From Macrostomum lignano (taxonomy: Eukaryota): a DNA stretch of 64,000 bases. How positions within the stretch are numbered: position 1 is the stretch's first letter; the number at the start of each line of letters is the position of its first letter. Positions 1 to 11,737 of the stretch are shown piece by piece. The position numbers and the translations under genes are program-made. The notes under the pieces were generated by a model. The model ran no database searches. It worked only from the letters and a program-made list of their open reading frames with translations, and was not told where the DNA came from. The stretch spans positions 238,626-302,625 of the forward strand of contig NIVC01001375.1 of the NCBI GenBank assembly GCA_002269645.1, read 5' to 3'.

Positions 1-560
1 TTTCGCACTTGATGAGTGAAGGATTAATTATTGAACTTCCTGAGACATTAATTATTGCACTAGCTGAGGCATAGATTATTGCACTTGATGAGTAAAAGAT
101 TATTGCAATTGATGAGTAAATGATTATTGCACTAGATGATCAAAGTATTATTGCACTAGCTTAGAAAGTGATTATTAAAATACATTAGGAAAGGTGTATT
201 GCACTTGATGAGAAAAAGATTATTGCACTAGATGAGAAAAGAAATATTCCACTGGCTGAAAAAAATAACGATTGCACTAGCTGAGACATGGATTATTGCA
301 CTACCTGAGAAAGTGATTATTGCATCAGCCAAGGAAATAGTTGCACTAGTGTAGCTTAAAGTATATTCAAATTTAGAAAGCATATATACGCTTTCTATCT
401 TGCTTGCTTTTGCTTGCTATCTGGGGGTGCTTGTTATTGTATTTGGGGGGAGGGGGGCGCTTGCTATTGTATTTGGGGGTGCTTACTATCTGGGGGATGC
501 TTGCTATCTGGGGGGATGCTTGCTGTCTTGGGGATGTTTTCTATTTAGTGGCAATGCTTG
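1..560. repeat. Two degenerate tandem repeats: ~29-bp ATTATTGCACT(A/T)GATGAG unit (1-350) and G-rich TGCTTGCTATCTGGGGG unit (400-560)
   Basis: Repeated motifs read directly. The 400..663 and 404..622 ORFs are artefacts of the second repeat. Confidence 0.75.
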
Positions 561-1883
561 TTATCTTTGTGAAGGCTTTATTTTTTGTCTTTTTGTTACT
601 TTCAGACTTAAAATATTCATAGCAAACATCTTTGTCCGTGACAATTTTACTAGAATAAGGTGATTTATAAAACTGAAGAAGGAATTTGTTCTTTAAAAAA
701 TGTGCTTTTTTAATGGATCTGCATGAATAATTTTTTCTCCGTGCTTATTGGGCTTTTTGCTTATTTGCTTATTTGCGAATTTTGCTTATATATTTCTACT
801 GTAAATAGAGTCTTAAGAATCTACTAAATTTTCGGGTAATGTAGCTCCTTGATGAAAAGTAAGTAGCTAGATGAAAGAGAAGTAACCAATATGAACTGTA
901 TTAGGTTTTTCAATGTCGATGCATTTCGTCCACAATGGACATCGCTATGTACATAAAAGGCCCCACAACCTACTCTGAGCAGTCAGCTTGCCATAAGGGA
1001 TGCTAGCCGTCAACTTCGTAAATTTTTTTAGCTCGCTCAAAAACCGGACTGGACACTGATTTGATATGTAGCACGCCTTTCCATCCAAACTTGTACTGTA
1101 CCCAGTTTTTTTCTTAATTTTTACTGCTCTGTCAAATGTTACAACTTCTCAAGACAATATATAAGAACAATTTCTTACTTCGTTTGATAAATTTAGTGAG
1201 CCCTGACGATGTCCATTATGGACTAAAAGCATCGGCATTGAAAAACCTAATACAGTTCATATTGGTTATTTCTTTCATAAATTTTCCGTTCAACGCTCAT
1301 CGCGTACTCTGGTGGTTTGGTCCATGTATTGCTAGTCAAAAGTATTGCTGCTTATCGTCTACATATATGCCTCAACCTAGCTGGCGTATATAAGCGTAAC
1401 TCTAACGCCTATCGTTATATATACAAGCTGGAGCCCGGCCTTGCCTGGTCAAGGCTAGAGCGCTTTTTCTTATGCTGACAAAAGTTAAGTCAGTCGACTG
1501 CACTTCATATTTATGACAAATTTTAATCTATTTTTCAAATTTTCTTACGAGCCAGCCAAGTACATACAGTATAAAAATAAATATACCGGAGCGGTATTAG
1601 CATGTAAGCTCACTAACTTTTCTAAATGTACTGCAACTGCAAGTACAACTGCAATACTCAGCAAAATTGAAGAATTGCTGAGTGGTCATTTGTATAGTGC
1701 AAGGTGAGTTTCAATTAACATACATGCAACGTACACTTCAGTTTATCGATAGGCTTTTTTAGACACTGACCAAGCAAGGCCAATCTCAAAGCCAAATAAT
1801 AAACAAAATGGAAAGCGAAAAGCGAAAAAACTGAAAGCATAAAGCGAGAACCTAAGGTGAGAAAGCGACGGTAAGAGTTTACG

Positions 1884-2973
1884 ATGGCAAAAGGAGAATA
1901 CAACAGCCTTCACGTCAAACTGCTGCTCGAGTATTCCCAGTTTAGGGAAATAGACCGACTCGCGAGTTGGCTCGAGAAACGCACTCAACGGTTTCAGCCA
2001 GCTGAGCATAGAAATCAGCAGAAAAGGACGAAAATTCAATTCGGTCGTTGGCTCATCACCATGCAGACCACCGATGGTCAGCAAATGTCCGAGACATTCC
2101 GTCTGCTGCCACAGAAGTTGAGCGATAACAGAAGCAAAGTTGAGTTCGTGAAATCGCTCTGCCGGAGCTTCAGCGACATGTCGAGCGACGAAGCGACGCA
2201 TCTGGTAGAGTCGCTGCTGTCCATGATCGATCAGTTTCTACAAGGAGAGAGTGACATCGCAAAGGAGGAGCAAACTGTGCAGCTGCGATACGAGGAGGCC
2301 GGCAGCCGAGGCCGCATCACATTTGGGGAGTTCCTGACGCCTAGGAGCAAGCGAGTCAAGCAGCTGGTCAAGCTGTGTGGTGAGCAGCGGGCCGCGCTGG
2401 TGTGCCTTCGCTACCACAGCCTGAACATGTTCAAGAGCGGAGAGTCCAGCCTCTGCCCCAAAGCTTTCGATGCCCTGTTCGAGCTGGGCAAAGCCGCTCA
2501 CGAGGGCTTCGCTTCGCCCCTCAATTGTCAGCTGCTGGGTCGGCAAGGAGCAAAATTCTGCAGCCTGTTCCCTGACACTGACAGCGCATTCGGCAGTCTG
2601 GGCGACTTTTTTCACATAGACCTGATGCAGCATCCAGGCGGCTGGGTGCTCAGTCCCCCCATTTTAAGAGATCCTGCTCAGAGCCACAGCGAGGCGAGTT
2701 GTGGACATCCTTGACGAGTCGGAGCGGGGAGCTTTCTGGTTCTTCCTCATCTTTCCTGACTGGACAGACTGCGACGGCTGGCAGATCCTGGACGAGTCTG
2801 AGTGGAAAGTTGACAGAATTGATGTGGAGCCAAATCAGCTGGAGGTTCAGGATTGCTACGGCTTCACGCTGACTGTGCAGGTCACGGTGAGCCTGTTCAC
2901 CATGGGGGAGCCGCCAGACTCCGTCAACCTCGTCAAGCTTTGGGACGCGATGAGAACAGACGCTGGCAAGTGA
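1884..2973 (+). pseudogene. PCIF1: PCIF1/CAPAM-like cap m6Am methyltransferase homologue; intronless, no WW domain, frameshift at about 2655-2666 (pseudogene or consensus error)
   Basis: ORF 1884-2714 has LRYHSL..HEGFASPLN..FCSLFPDTDSAFGSLGDFF, matching remembered PCIF1 LRRY..ECFASPLN..YCSAFPDTDGYFGSRG. The next frame continues PPF*EILLRATARRVVDILDES..FWFFLIFPDW, aligning ungapped with NPPFCEELMDAMVSHFERLLES..LSFIVFIPEW. AATAAA at 2993-2998, about 20 nt after the stop. Confidence 0.8.
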
Positions 2974-3120
2974 CAGAAATGAGATCGTATCCAATAAAGT
3001 AAAAATTTTACTGAGTGACATTGTACATGCATATGACATTTCTCCGAGTACTCGTACTTGTATTAAAACCTTGTCGTTTGTCGCAATTTTTAATGCATCT
3101 CTTTAGTTCATCTGCACTCC

Positions 3121-3420
3121 CCTCTGTTTACTCTATTTTCTCTCCAACTTTCCAGTTCAGACTTGTTGTCTCTCTCTCCCTCCCCTCTTTGTCTAGTAAA
3201 GTCTTGTTATTCTTATCTCTCTCCCTCGTGGCCTTCTGATTGGTTCTTCAATCTGGCCTCTTTCCTCAGTCGCGCATTCTAACCCCCTTACCTCTGTTTA
3301 CTCTGTTTTCTCTCCCGTTTGTCCAGTTCAGTCTTGTTATTCTTGTCTCTCCAATCGCTGCTTTCTGATCGGCTCTTCAATCTGCATTGCCTCTTTCCTC
3401 AGTCACGCACTCCTGCCTTT
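3121..3420. repeat. Diverged tandem duplication of a ~170-bp pyrimidine-rich segment
   Basis: CTCTGTTTACTCT(A/G)TTTTCTCTCC...CAGTTCAG..CTTGTT...TTCTGAT(T/C)GG..CTTCAATCTG..CCTCTTTCCTCAGTC(G/A)CGCA occurs twice. Confidence 0.7.
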
Positions 3421-3919
3421 TCTAATCTGGACTCAATCCCCATCCCATAATTTAATACCTTATATATAGTTTTGCGCCTCGTTAATCGATTCGTATTAAT
3501 GCATTAGTTTTTACCGAGTATAAATTACTTGAGATACGAGCGTATAAAAAAAATATTCAATCGTTTATCTTATTTTTCTCTACATCGTTACTACCGAAAT
3601 TTTACCTAAACATTGGTAGTAAATCCATTCGATTGATTTACGAGCTACCGGAGACGACAAGTACATTCATTTATACATAATAGCCTCGTACAATTGTATA
3701 TTGATGAGGACGAACTTTTTCCAATTCTACATTTGCAAATCGGATGCTTACAATATGCACTACTGGCAGTAGGCTACAAGTGTTTTTTAACTTCTCACTA
3801 TTACTAAATTTGTGTGTTTGGCATTTATTGCTTTGCTTTCCTAGGTCAGTTTGTACTACGAATTCAATATTTAGTTCTGCTTGTTAGGCCAGATTCATAT
3901 TTCTTTGTCTGTGAGACTA

Positions 3920-4730
3920 GGGCGGCAGTTGTGACATCGGACGACGTCGTTCTTGGGTACTGCGCACAGGCCTCCCTGACGACTCCAACGGATTCTTGCT
4001 CTGTCGCAGAACAAGCAGGCGACACCCCAGGAGAAGCGACTATCCGTCCTAGCGGACGTCCTAGACTCTATCCTAGCGCTGCTGTCTAGCTCAGCTGAAG
4101 GAGCTCAACGCCTGCTAGACCAGCTGACGGCGGCGGCCGCTGTGCAGTGATCAGCGGTCTAGTGCCAAGCATCATGGACGACATGGCACGGCGCAGGGCG
4201 CTTTCCTGGGGTGCATTCCGCACGGTGCGGACTGTCCTGCAGTGCCTAGCGCTGCCGGATCGGCTGAGAAGGCGGCTGTTCCAGGCAGTCATAGAAACGG
4301 TCCTCCTTTACAATACCAAAAGGTGGACACGGACCGGCCCACAAGAGCGGCAACTCGACACCGTTCATGCTGGATTTACGCGAGCCGCCTTCTGTGTCTA
4401 CTACTCGCCGACCGCCACCACCAACACCAGCTGCTGCGCATGCGACGTTTACAGCTGGCCGGTCATGTCATCCGAGAAGAGCATTACTGCCCTGAGCCAC
4501 TGCAGGACGCGCTGCTGCTCTCCCGTCAAGGACCGCGGCGGCTTGGTCAGACAAAAAGTCTGCGTTTCATTGACCTGCTTAATTCTAAGAGACGCTGAGA
4601 TTTCTAACCCTCGTGGACTCGCTGTTCTGCGCAACTCTGCGCTTGCGCGCGCATTTTGACTCCAGCCCAGCTAGGCTTGTCTAGGGCTGCTGTAGTTTGC
4701 TTTTGTTGTTGTTGTTTCACAGAAATTGCG
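3920..4730 (+). mobile_element. 5'-truncated, decayed non-LTR retrotransposon (RTE-like LINE): RT C-terminal fragment with (TTG)n tail
   Basis: Broken frames read WVLRTGLPDDSNGFLL..EKRLSVLA..LALLSSSAEGAQRLLDQL (eroded YADD region), RRRLFQAVIETVLLY and LRMRRLQLAGHVIR. The fragment ends in TTGTTGTTGTTG near 4703-4715. Confidence 0.75.
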
Positions 4731-4990
4731 TGTTGTCCATGGCACAACCTTATCTTTATTCTATGCTTAGTTAAAAGTATTTTTTATAGTTACAGTACCT
4801 GTACTGTTCATGTACTGTTCATCTACTGTATTCTATCTTCATTACCAATTTTACACAAAAAATGGAGTTTTTCATGCGAAAAAATAAAGAAATTATTGCA
4901 CATATACTTGCAGTAGAAATACGTGCAAATACATAGTTCACATATTTTAATCAGTTTGCAATTTTGTTTGTAGTCAGCGCAATTTTAATA

Positions 4991-6812
4991 TCAATCTTCA
5001 CCCTCGTCCTCATTGATCGGAGTCAATTTTTCGTCCTTGACTTCTCCAGCCTCCGCGCCGCCTTCCCCTTCGCCGCTTGCGTCTGGGGTGCCATCGACGC
5101 TAGTGCCATTCTCGGCGCCGTTTCCGTCGTCCGTCGATCCGGGAAGCGGCTCGGGACTGCCGTAGTTTGGCGGCTCCGGCAGCAGCTCGTATCGCTTGGC
5201 GTAGACGCTCGGAGCGAAGCCGAACGCATCGAGAGCGGTGTCGCTCTGTTCGACAGACTTGGCGGCGGCCGCCTCGCGAAGAATTTCAACAAAGTTCTGG
5301 CCGGCTCCGTAGGCATAGTGCAGCGGTAGGCGGCCAAAGCTGTCAGCGAGTCGAAGCAGGTCTGGGTGCTCGTTGGCTAGGTAACGAGCAGTGTCTTGGT
5401 TTTTGCAAAGCAGGGCAATGTGCAGCGCCGAGAGGCTCTCTCTAGTGCGAGAGAACACATCTTCAATTTGCTGCTGATCTTGCAGTTGCTTGCAGTGCTG
5501 CTCCAGATGCTCTCGAGTGCCTTTGGCGCTGAGCTTCCACAGCTCCCTGTAGCGAGCCTCCCACTTGGACACGGAGTCCACAATTAGCTTGCTGGCCTCC
5601 GGCAGACCTTTGAGCTTGGGACCGAACGACTTTTTCAGGCTTGGCAAACTGCTCCCATAGTCGTTGGCCAGCAGCCAGCGGAGGTGTTCGACTTTCTCTT
5701 CGCGCATCCAACGGATCACCAAACTGTCAAGCTCCTTGACAACGGCGTCGTTTTTAGTGGCTTGAGCTGCGTCGCGAACGTTCATTCCCTGGAATATGTT
5801 AGAGATTTTCCATTAGACACTTTTCGATCTGTTTAATTTTCAGAACTGTCAGCCCCTGTAGGCTATGCATTCGTTAGGAAAAGGGCATTTTACGTTTCTC
5901 AAACTCCACAACCCCCCAATCACAACCGACTTCCCTCTCCCAAAACTTCATTCTGATGCCGTGCAACACCCTGAAACCGACGAATATCGGCCAAACGTCG
6001 GTGTTACAAGCACCTAAAAGTGTTCATACACCAACGACTTTGGGTAGATGTGAGAAACATCGCGGAAATAGCGGAACTATGCTTCAAAATTCTTGTTGAC
6101 CGAATTTCACCTTGTTCAATGTTAATTCTGCTACTTCAGAAGTCCCAATTTGTAGAATACCTTGGGTGAAAATAGAGTTGTGAAAGCATCCACAAAAAGC
6201 GCACCAGCTCAATCCAGCATTCATCGACGCCCTCACCTGTGCGTCGCGAGCGCAGAAGTTGTGCCCATCGTGCAGCATTCGCAGCAGAGTCTCGACATCG
6301 CAGCTGGATCGCACCGCCGCGTGCAACGGCGTCGCGCCGGTTTTGTTTCGCGTCTCGCCTCGCTTCGACGGCAGAGCGAGCGTCTCAACCGGTACAGACT
6401 GGCGCAGCTGCTCCAGCTCCTCGCGACGACGCTGCTCTTCGCGCTCACGTTGCAGCCGTTGCTCCTCGGCTATGGCCCGTTGTCGCGCCTCCTCCTGCAG
6501 CTGGCCAATGCGCGCCTGGCGAATCTCTTCAATCTCTTCGTCGCGTTCTCGACAATAATCGACGGTTCGACGATAGTTCATCAGACGCTGGGCCACGAAC
6601 TCGATCGGATCGTCCGGACGGCAGGCGGCCGCTTCGGATAATGCGAGGGCGAGCGCGCTGCCAACAGTTTCACGAGCGTAGACTGAGTCCGGATGCTGCT
6701 GCTCGTCAATGACGAAGGATTTGGGCTTAGGAGCTCGGAGGAACATGTTGTGCACGTCGGAGTTGGCCGGCGTCACCTGGTTAGGATCGATTTCGATTTC
6801 TGAGCTGGCCAT
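4991..6812 (-). CDS. Dpy-30 (DYDC-like) dimerisation motif + coiled coil + ankyrin-repeat protein, ~457 aa; exons 6812-6237 and 5788-4991
   Basis: YARETVGSALALALSEAAACRPDDPIEFVAQRL is a Dpy-30 motif. Ankyrin motifs are GATPLHAAV, SALHIALL and GRLPLHYA. Donor CAG|GTGAGG and acceptor TTCCAG|GGA join in phase 0 to give ARDAQ-GMNVRD. Confidence 0.85.
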
Positions 6813-7344
6813 TTGTGTTGTCGGATGGAGCCAAATGAAGCAGAGAGAATTGTTCTGTATGCCTTTAGCTATAGAGTCTAGATTGAAATGTAAAGAGCTA
6901 AATAACTGCTTGGGGGCTAGAGCTGATTGCTGCCTTAGCTACCACTCCCTAGCAACAGCGTAGGGTAGAGAGTTAGGGGATGAGGGGCTATGCCATGGGG
7001 AAGGCAATAAATGTACACCGGCAAGAGTGAGCCGGGTGTACAGCAAGTACAGCCCGAGTTTGGGGCTTGGAAGTGAAGGCATTGAGGATAGGGAGAAATA
7101 ATGCAGGTGTTGGGGACAGCCGCACGCTTTTGGAAAGAAAATTCTACCAGCAGCAGTATGAAAAAACACCTGGTAAGGGATTTGAGTACGAGATTAAGAA
7201 TTTTGCGTAGCAACCAGGTCAGCTTCATCTCCTCTGTGTAATGCTGGGCCGTTTACATGCTATGCAATAAACTGGATAGAGGCTTTGGATTCAATGATTT
7301 CACTTCAATCAGGATCCCTTTGTCCGCTTAAATCCCTATGCGCC

Positions 7345-8270
7345 CCGACACCCATAGTGGCATCTCGACACCCTTAGTGGCATCTCGACACCCATAGTGG
7401 CATCTCGACACCCATAGTGACACCTCGACACCCATAGTGACATCTCGACACCCATAGTGGCATCTCGACACCCATAGTGACACCTCGACACCCATAGTGA
7501 CATCTCGACACCCATAGTGGCATCTCGACACCCATAGTGGCACCTCGACACCCATAGTGACATCTCGACACCCATAGTCACACCCCGACACCCATAGTGG
7601 CATCTCGACACCCATAGTGACAACTCGACACCCATAGTGACATCTCGACACCCATAGTGGCATCTCGACACCCATAGTGGCATCTCGACACCCATAGTGA
7701 CATCTCGACATCCATAGTGGCATCTCGACACCCATAGTGGCATCTCGACACCCATAGTGGCATCTCGACACCCATAGTCACACCCCGACACCCATAGTGA
7801 CATCTCGACACCCATAGTGACATCTCGACACCCATAGTGACATCTCGACACCCATAGTCACACCCCGACATCCATAGTGGCATCTCGACACCCATAGTGG
7901 CATCTCGACACCCATAGTGGCATCTCGACACCCATAGTCACACCCCGACATCCATAGTGGCATCTCGACACCCATAGTGACACCCCGACATCCATAGTGG
8001 CATCTCGACACCCATAGTGACACCCCGACATCCATAGTGGCATCTCGACACCCATAGTGGCATCTCGACACCCATAGTGACACCCCGACACCCATAGTGA
8101 CATCTCGACACCCATAGTGGCATCTCAACACCCATAGTGACACCCCGGCATCCATAGTGGCGCTCTGAAAACCATAGTGACACCTTGACAACCTTAGTGG
8201 CACCCCAACACCCATTAGTGGCGCCCAGACACCCCTAGTGGTGCCCCGACATCCATAGTGACGCTCAGAC
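7345..8270. repeat. 20-bp minisatellite CACCCATAGTG(G/A)CATCTCGA, ~45 copies
   Basis: Direct reading. It explains the SRCHYGCRDATMGVE ORFs. Confidence 0.95.
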
Positions 8271-9173
8271 AACCGTGTGGCGCTGACTTATCCAAAGATC
8301 CAAGAAGTGGAACTTTATTTTGCCAGAAAGCACATATGTAGAGTCATACATGTAGAGTCACGCATGAAGTTCTAATACAGCAGTTCATGCGGTAAAAACA
8401 ACACTGTTATCAGCCGCAGAATGACGTAGTCAACATACCCGGTAGTTGCACAAGTTTGGCGCAATCACACGGCACAAATGCGTGTGTTCTAAAAATATCT
8501 TGAAATGCAAATCCTTGAATGTACAAGCTGAGTGCTAGTTGATGAGCAGAGGTGCAAATCTCAAGGCAAAATACGCACCAAACTTGCTTTTGAACGCGTG
8601 CCGGCCGGCCGTCCCAATGCTGTAAATTTTTAACGGTCAAACGAGTTCAAACAGGCCGAAGATAAGATTTACTTATTATTCAAGTAGCCGGATAGGCTTC
8701 TGGAATTGGACAGCAATAATCTATAATTGATAACAAATATAGGCTTAATAATTTAAATCAGTCATGACTCAAGTTGATTCACTCAGAGCAGCACTAACAG
8801 AAGGTACTAAAGATAAAGAAGTTTACATGTAGCTATAGTAGATTGCGATATTGACTGCGCCACATGCGCCTCTCTTTCAATATCAAACTGCGTGACCTTC
8901 AACCCCCGTATAGTCTGTATTTCTCTAAATTTAGCTCCAATCATTCCATTGGCTCTACCAGCATCCGCCATTGATCCCCCACTGCAGTATAAGCCTACTC
9001 GGCCAACGAAAACATGTGTAGGAAGCATGAAACAATCGCTAAAAATATACCAAAAGTTGTTTAGTCGAAATCGAATCACGATATAAAATCTCAATTGTAT
9101 AAATATACGCTGCCATGTATCGACAGAACTTGAAGGAGAATTGCTATGAGATCATTCAACCGCTCCACTTGAG

Positions 9174-9869
9174 ATGATTACGAAGAACTCAGACAACAAA
9201 GGCAGGTTCGGCTTGCTTCGACAAATATTCGACTCTTATCAGAGACAGCAGCAGCGTCGGTGCCAGCATCCGCCGCCGCTGCCCAGCTACGAGCAGGCTG
9301 CTCTAGAAGACCGACTCAATTTGCCACAGGGCATTTTGGCTGATCGGAAATATCGAGTGTGCTACCTGTGCTCAACCGACGCCTCTAATTCCAACTCGCC
9401 GCCGTCTACTAGCAAGATCATGGACAGTAGTCGGTTGAGGGTAAATCAGCAGACACTGCTGCACAGTCTGGACGACATAGCTGCCTACCTGCTGGAGGAG
9501 CTCACGGATTTGCGCTACGGCCCTGTCGCTGCGGCACTGCCTATAGTGAAGAAGTTTCTGGTAAACCGAGGCAAAGTCTTGCTGGTGATGAACACGTCAG
9601 CAGCGACACCGGAGCTTCCGCACCGGTTGACCAGCCTGCTGCCAAAAGCATCGGGCTGCCCTTTGCTGGCCCGGCAGATCGGCACAGTGCAACAGGAGCT
9701 TCTGGCACTTCATCGTGGCATCGACGGTGATTTTCACTTGCAGCAGCATCAGCAGCATCAACGACTACTTCGACGACACGCGCTGGTTCGAGTCGACTTG
9801 GACAAGTTGAGCAGTCTGCTATTGAAAAAGCGAGTCGCAAAAATTGAGTTGAGATCTGAGCGAGTTTGA
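9174..9869 (+). CDS. Orphan 231-aa ORF of unknown function with a PPLPSY (PY-like) motif; possibly the terminal exon of a larger gene
   Basis: Non-repetitive, GC-elevated ORF in AT-rich flanks, with Q-runs like the neighbouring genes. No family recognised. Confidence 0.55.
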   Translation: MITKNSDNKGRFGLLRQIFDSYQRQQQRRCQHPPPLPSYEQAALEDRLNLPQGILADRKYRVCYLCSTDASNSNSPPSTSKIMDSSRLRVNQQTLLHSLDDIAAYLLEELTDLRYGPVAAALPIVKKFLVNRGKVLLVMNTSAATPELPHRLTSLLPKASGCPLLARQIGTVQQELLALHRGIDGDFHLQQHQQHQRLLRRHALVRVDLDKLSSLLLKKRVAKIELRSERV

Positions 9870-11046
9870 AACTAATTCGATCATGTTTGAAAACTTCAAT
9901 CCATTGTCAACCATTTTACGAGCTTTTTTGCAGTGTACACGAAAATGTACATGCATACACTGTACATGTATTAGCGAAACGTGCATGGTTTCTTGGAAAC
10001 CTTATCTATGTGAAGTTTTTCATCTCATAAAAATACGCACAGCAATATCTAATATTTTTCCTGCTGCCACCTGTACATAACAGCATGTAGCCACCCCAGT
10101 TTGTTTAAATTTCTCATCTTTCATTCTGTGTTCTGTTGCCTTTAATTTGTAAATATTTCGACGGTTCTTAATAAAATAAATCTGGAGTGCACGAGCTATG
10201 TTTTTATTTTCTAAGTCGAAAAAAAGATTTATTTCTTTCATACCTCCAGGTCTCTCTCAGAGTGCAGAAATCAATCAACAGCTTTATTCCGAGCTGATCA
10301 AGCCTCAAGGTTCATTATCTTCATGTAGCTAGGCCGGTTCGTGCGACCAGCTAACTTGGATCAGTCACTATATACATGTACTACTACTTTTTCGCCATTC
10401 GATCCATACTATAAACCCTTGCTTTTAGAGCTCGCATTATTGCGATCGATCAAAGAAAATGAATGCATGTAAAACCTGCATTATTTGCATCGTCAGTTGC
10501 CTTTTAAATTAAACTCGCAAGAACTATTTAATTACAGCAGGTAATTTCACTCAATCCCAATCAAGCAAAAGAAAAACATGCATAGCTATGTTACGTGATT
10601 GATTTCCCAGATTATCTAACATAATTGCCCTTACTACGGACCTGTACAGACATAGAAAATTAGAAGAGAGATATATACAGAATGAAAACTAAAAAAGGTA
10701 GCAAAAAAACTTATTAAGCAGCTAGAAAATAAAATTTAGTTCTAGCTCGTAGTACTGACAGTAGTATATATGCGCGATGATGATGTACGATGAGAGAGAA
10801 GTGATTACATGGACATCATGTAGTCCATCCACATTTATTAGTGTCATATCACATGACATGTACAGTGGTATACATGTACATACACATGTGTGTGCATGCA
10901 GAGAGATGAATAAATTTCTAAAGCTGAAAAATGAAAATGTAACCCAAAATCACTATAGAAATTCTGCGGCGAAGTAAAACCCACAGTTGATAAAAGGATC
11001 TGCACACAAGGACTATGCACTGTATAACGTATATACAATGGTCCTT

Positions 11047-11300
11047 GGGCCTTTTCATTTTGCTTGTTCTGGTTCCAGAACCAGAACCAATTTGTGAAGT
11101 ATAACTTTTTGTCTCCATAACTAGAGGGAGATACGTGCTATAAAGTTTTTATTATTGAATGACAATCGCCAAGAAGAAAGTGAAAAATCGTGCAAAGTGA
11201 GGCTGTTAAGGCAGTCAAATATTAACAGAGTTTAATACTGCTGTTTTTCTTGGAATTCCGAACCGATTCTGGTTCTGGAATTGGTAATATGAAAAGGCCC
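11047..11300. mobile_element. 254-bp MITE with 12-bp perfect TIRs and a 3-bp TSD (CTT)
   Basis: GGGCCTTTTCAT (11047-11058) pairs with ATGAAAAGGCCC (11289-11300). There is an inner inverted TTCCAGAACCAGAA. CTT lies at 11044-11046 and 11301-11303. Confidence 0.7.
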
Positions 11301-11689
11301 CTTGTCCGCACATTTACGAGCTACATGCAATATATAGTACGGATTTTATACATGTATGGATTTTAAGGTGGGGGGACGAAGCCAAGAATTCAACATGTAC
11401 ATGTACATAACTAAATTCCTACAATTCCATTATTTTGAGAATTGTGTTTGATTGTCTGCAGCGCTCATTTTGGCGCTGCATGCAGGTACCCAGTTGCAGG
11501 CACTCATTTTGGCACTAAAGGCGCTATATTTTAATTGGCGCCCTGAAGAAAAATTATTGATTACCACAACGAGTCACAAGGTGGAGTGGGGGAACAAAAG
11601 CATTGCATGGTATTAGCCATGATGCAGTACGCTATAACCTGTACATGTATGGCGATGCGAGGAAAATTATGTTTTCGAAAGCCCGCACC

Positions 11690-11693
<4 letters not shown>

Positions 11694-11734
<41 letters not shown>
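11694..11734. repeat. (TA)n microsatellite
   Basis: Direct reading. Confidence 0.95.

Positions 11735-11737
<3 letters not shown>

Noticed and set aside
1-350. Repeated CACTTGA (NK2 sites)
   Set aside because: Part of a degenerate tandem repeat 50 kb from the NK gene.
1872-2667. Both PCIF1-like in-frame stops are TAA GAG, suggesting TAA recoding
   Set aside because: TACC ends normally at TAA, a frameshift is needed anyway, and two cases are compatible with chance.
7328-8272. Cys/His-rich ORFs and a CRISPR-like look, also considered for the 40-, 47- and 48-bp arrays
   Set aside because: Head-to-tail tandem units with no unique spacers, no cas genes, eukaryotic context.
8410-9094. Short minus-strand ORFs as exons of a hidden gene
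   Set aside because: No consistent splice path giving a long open frame and no recognisable family.
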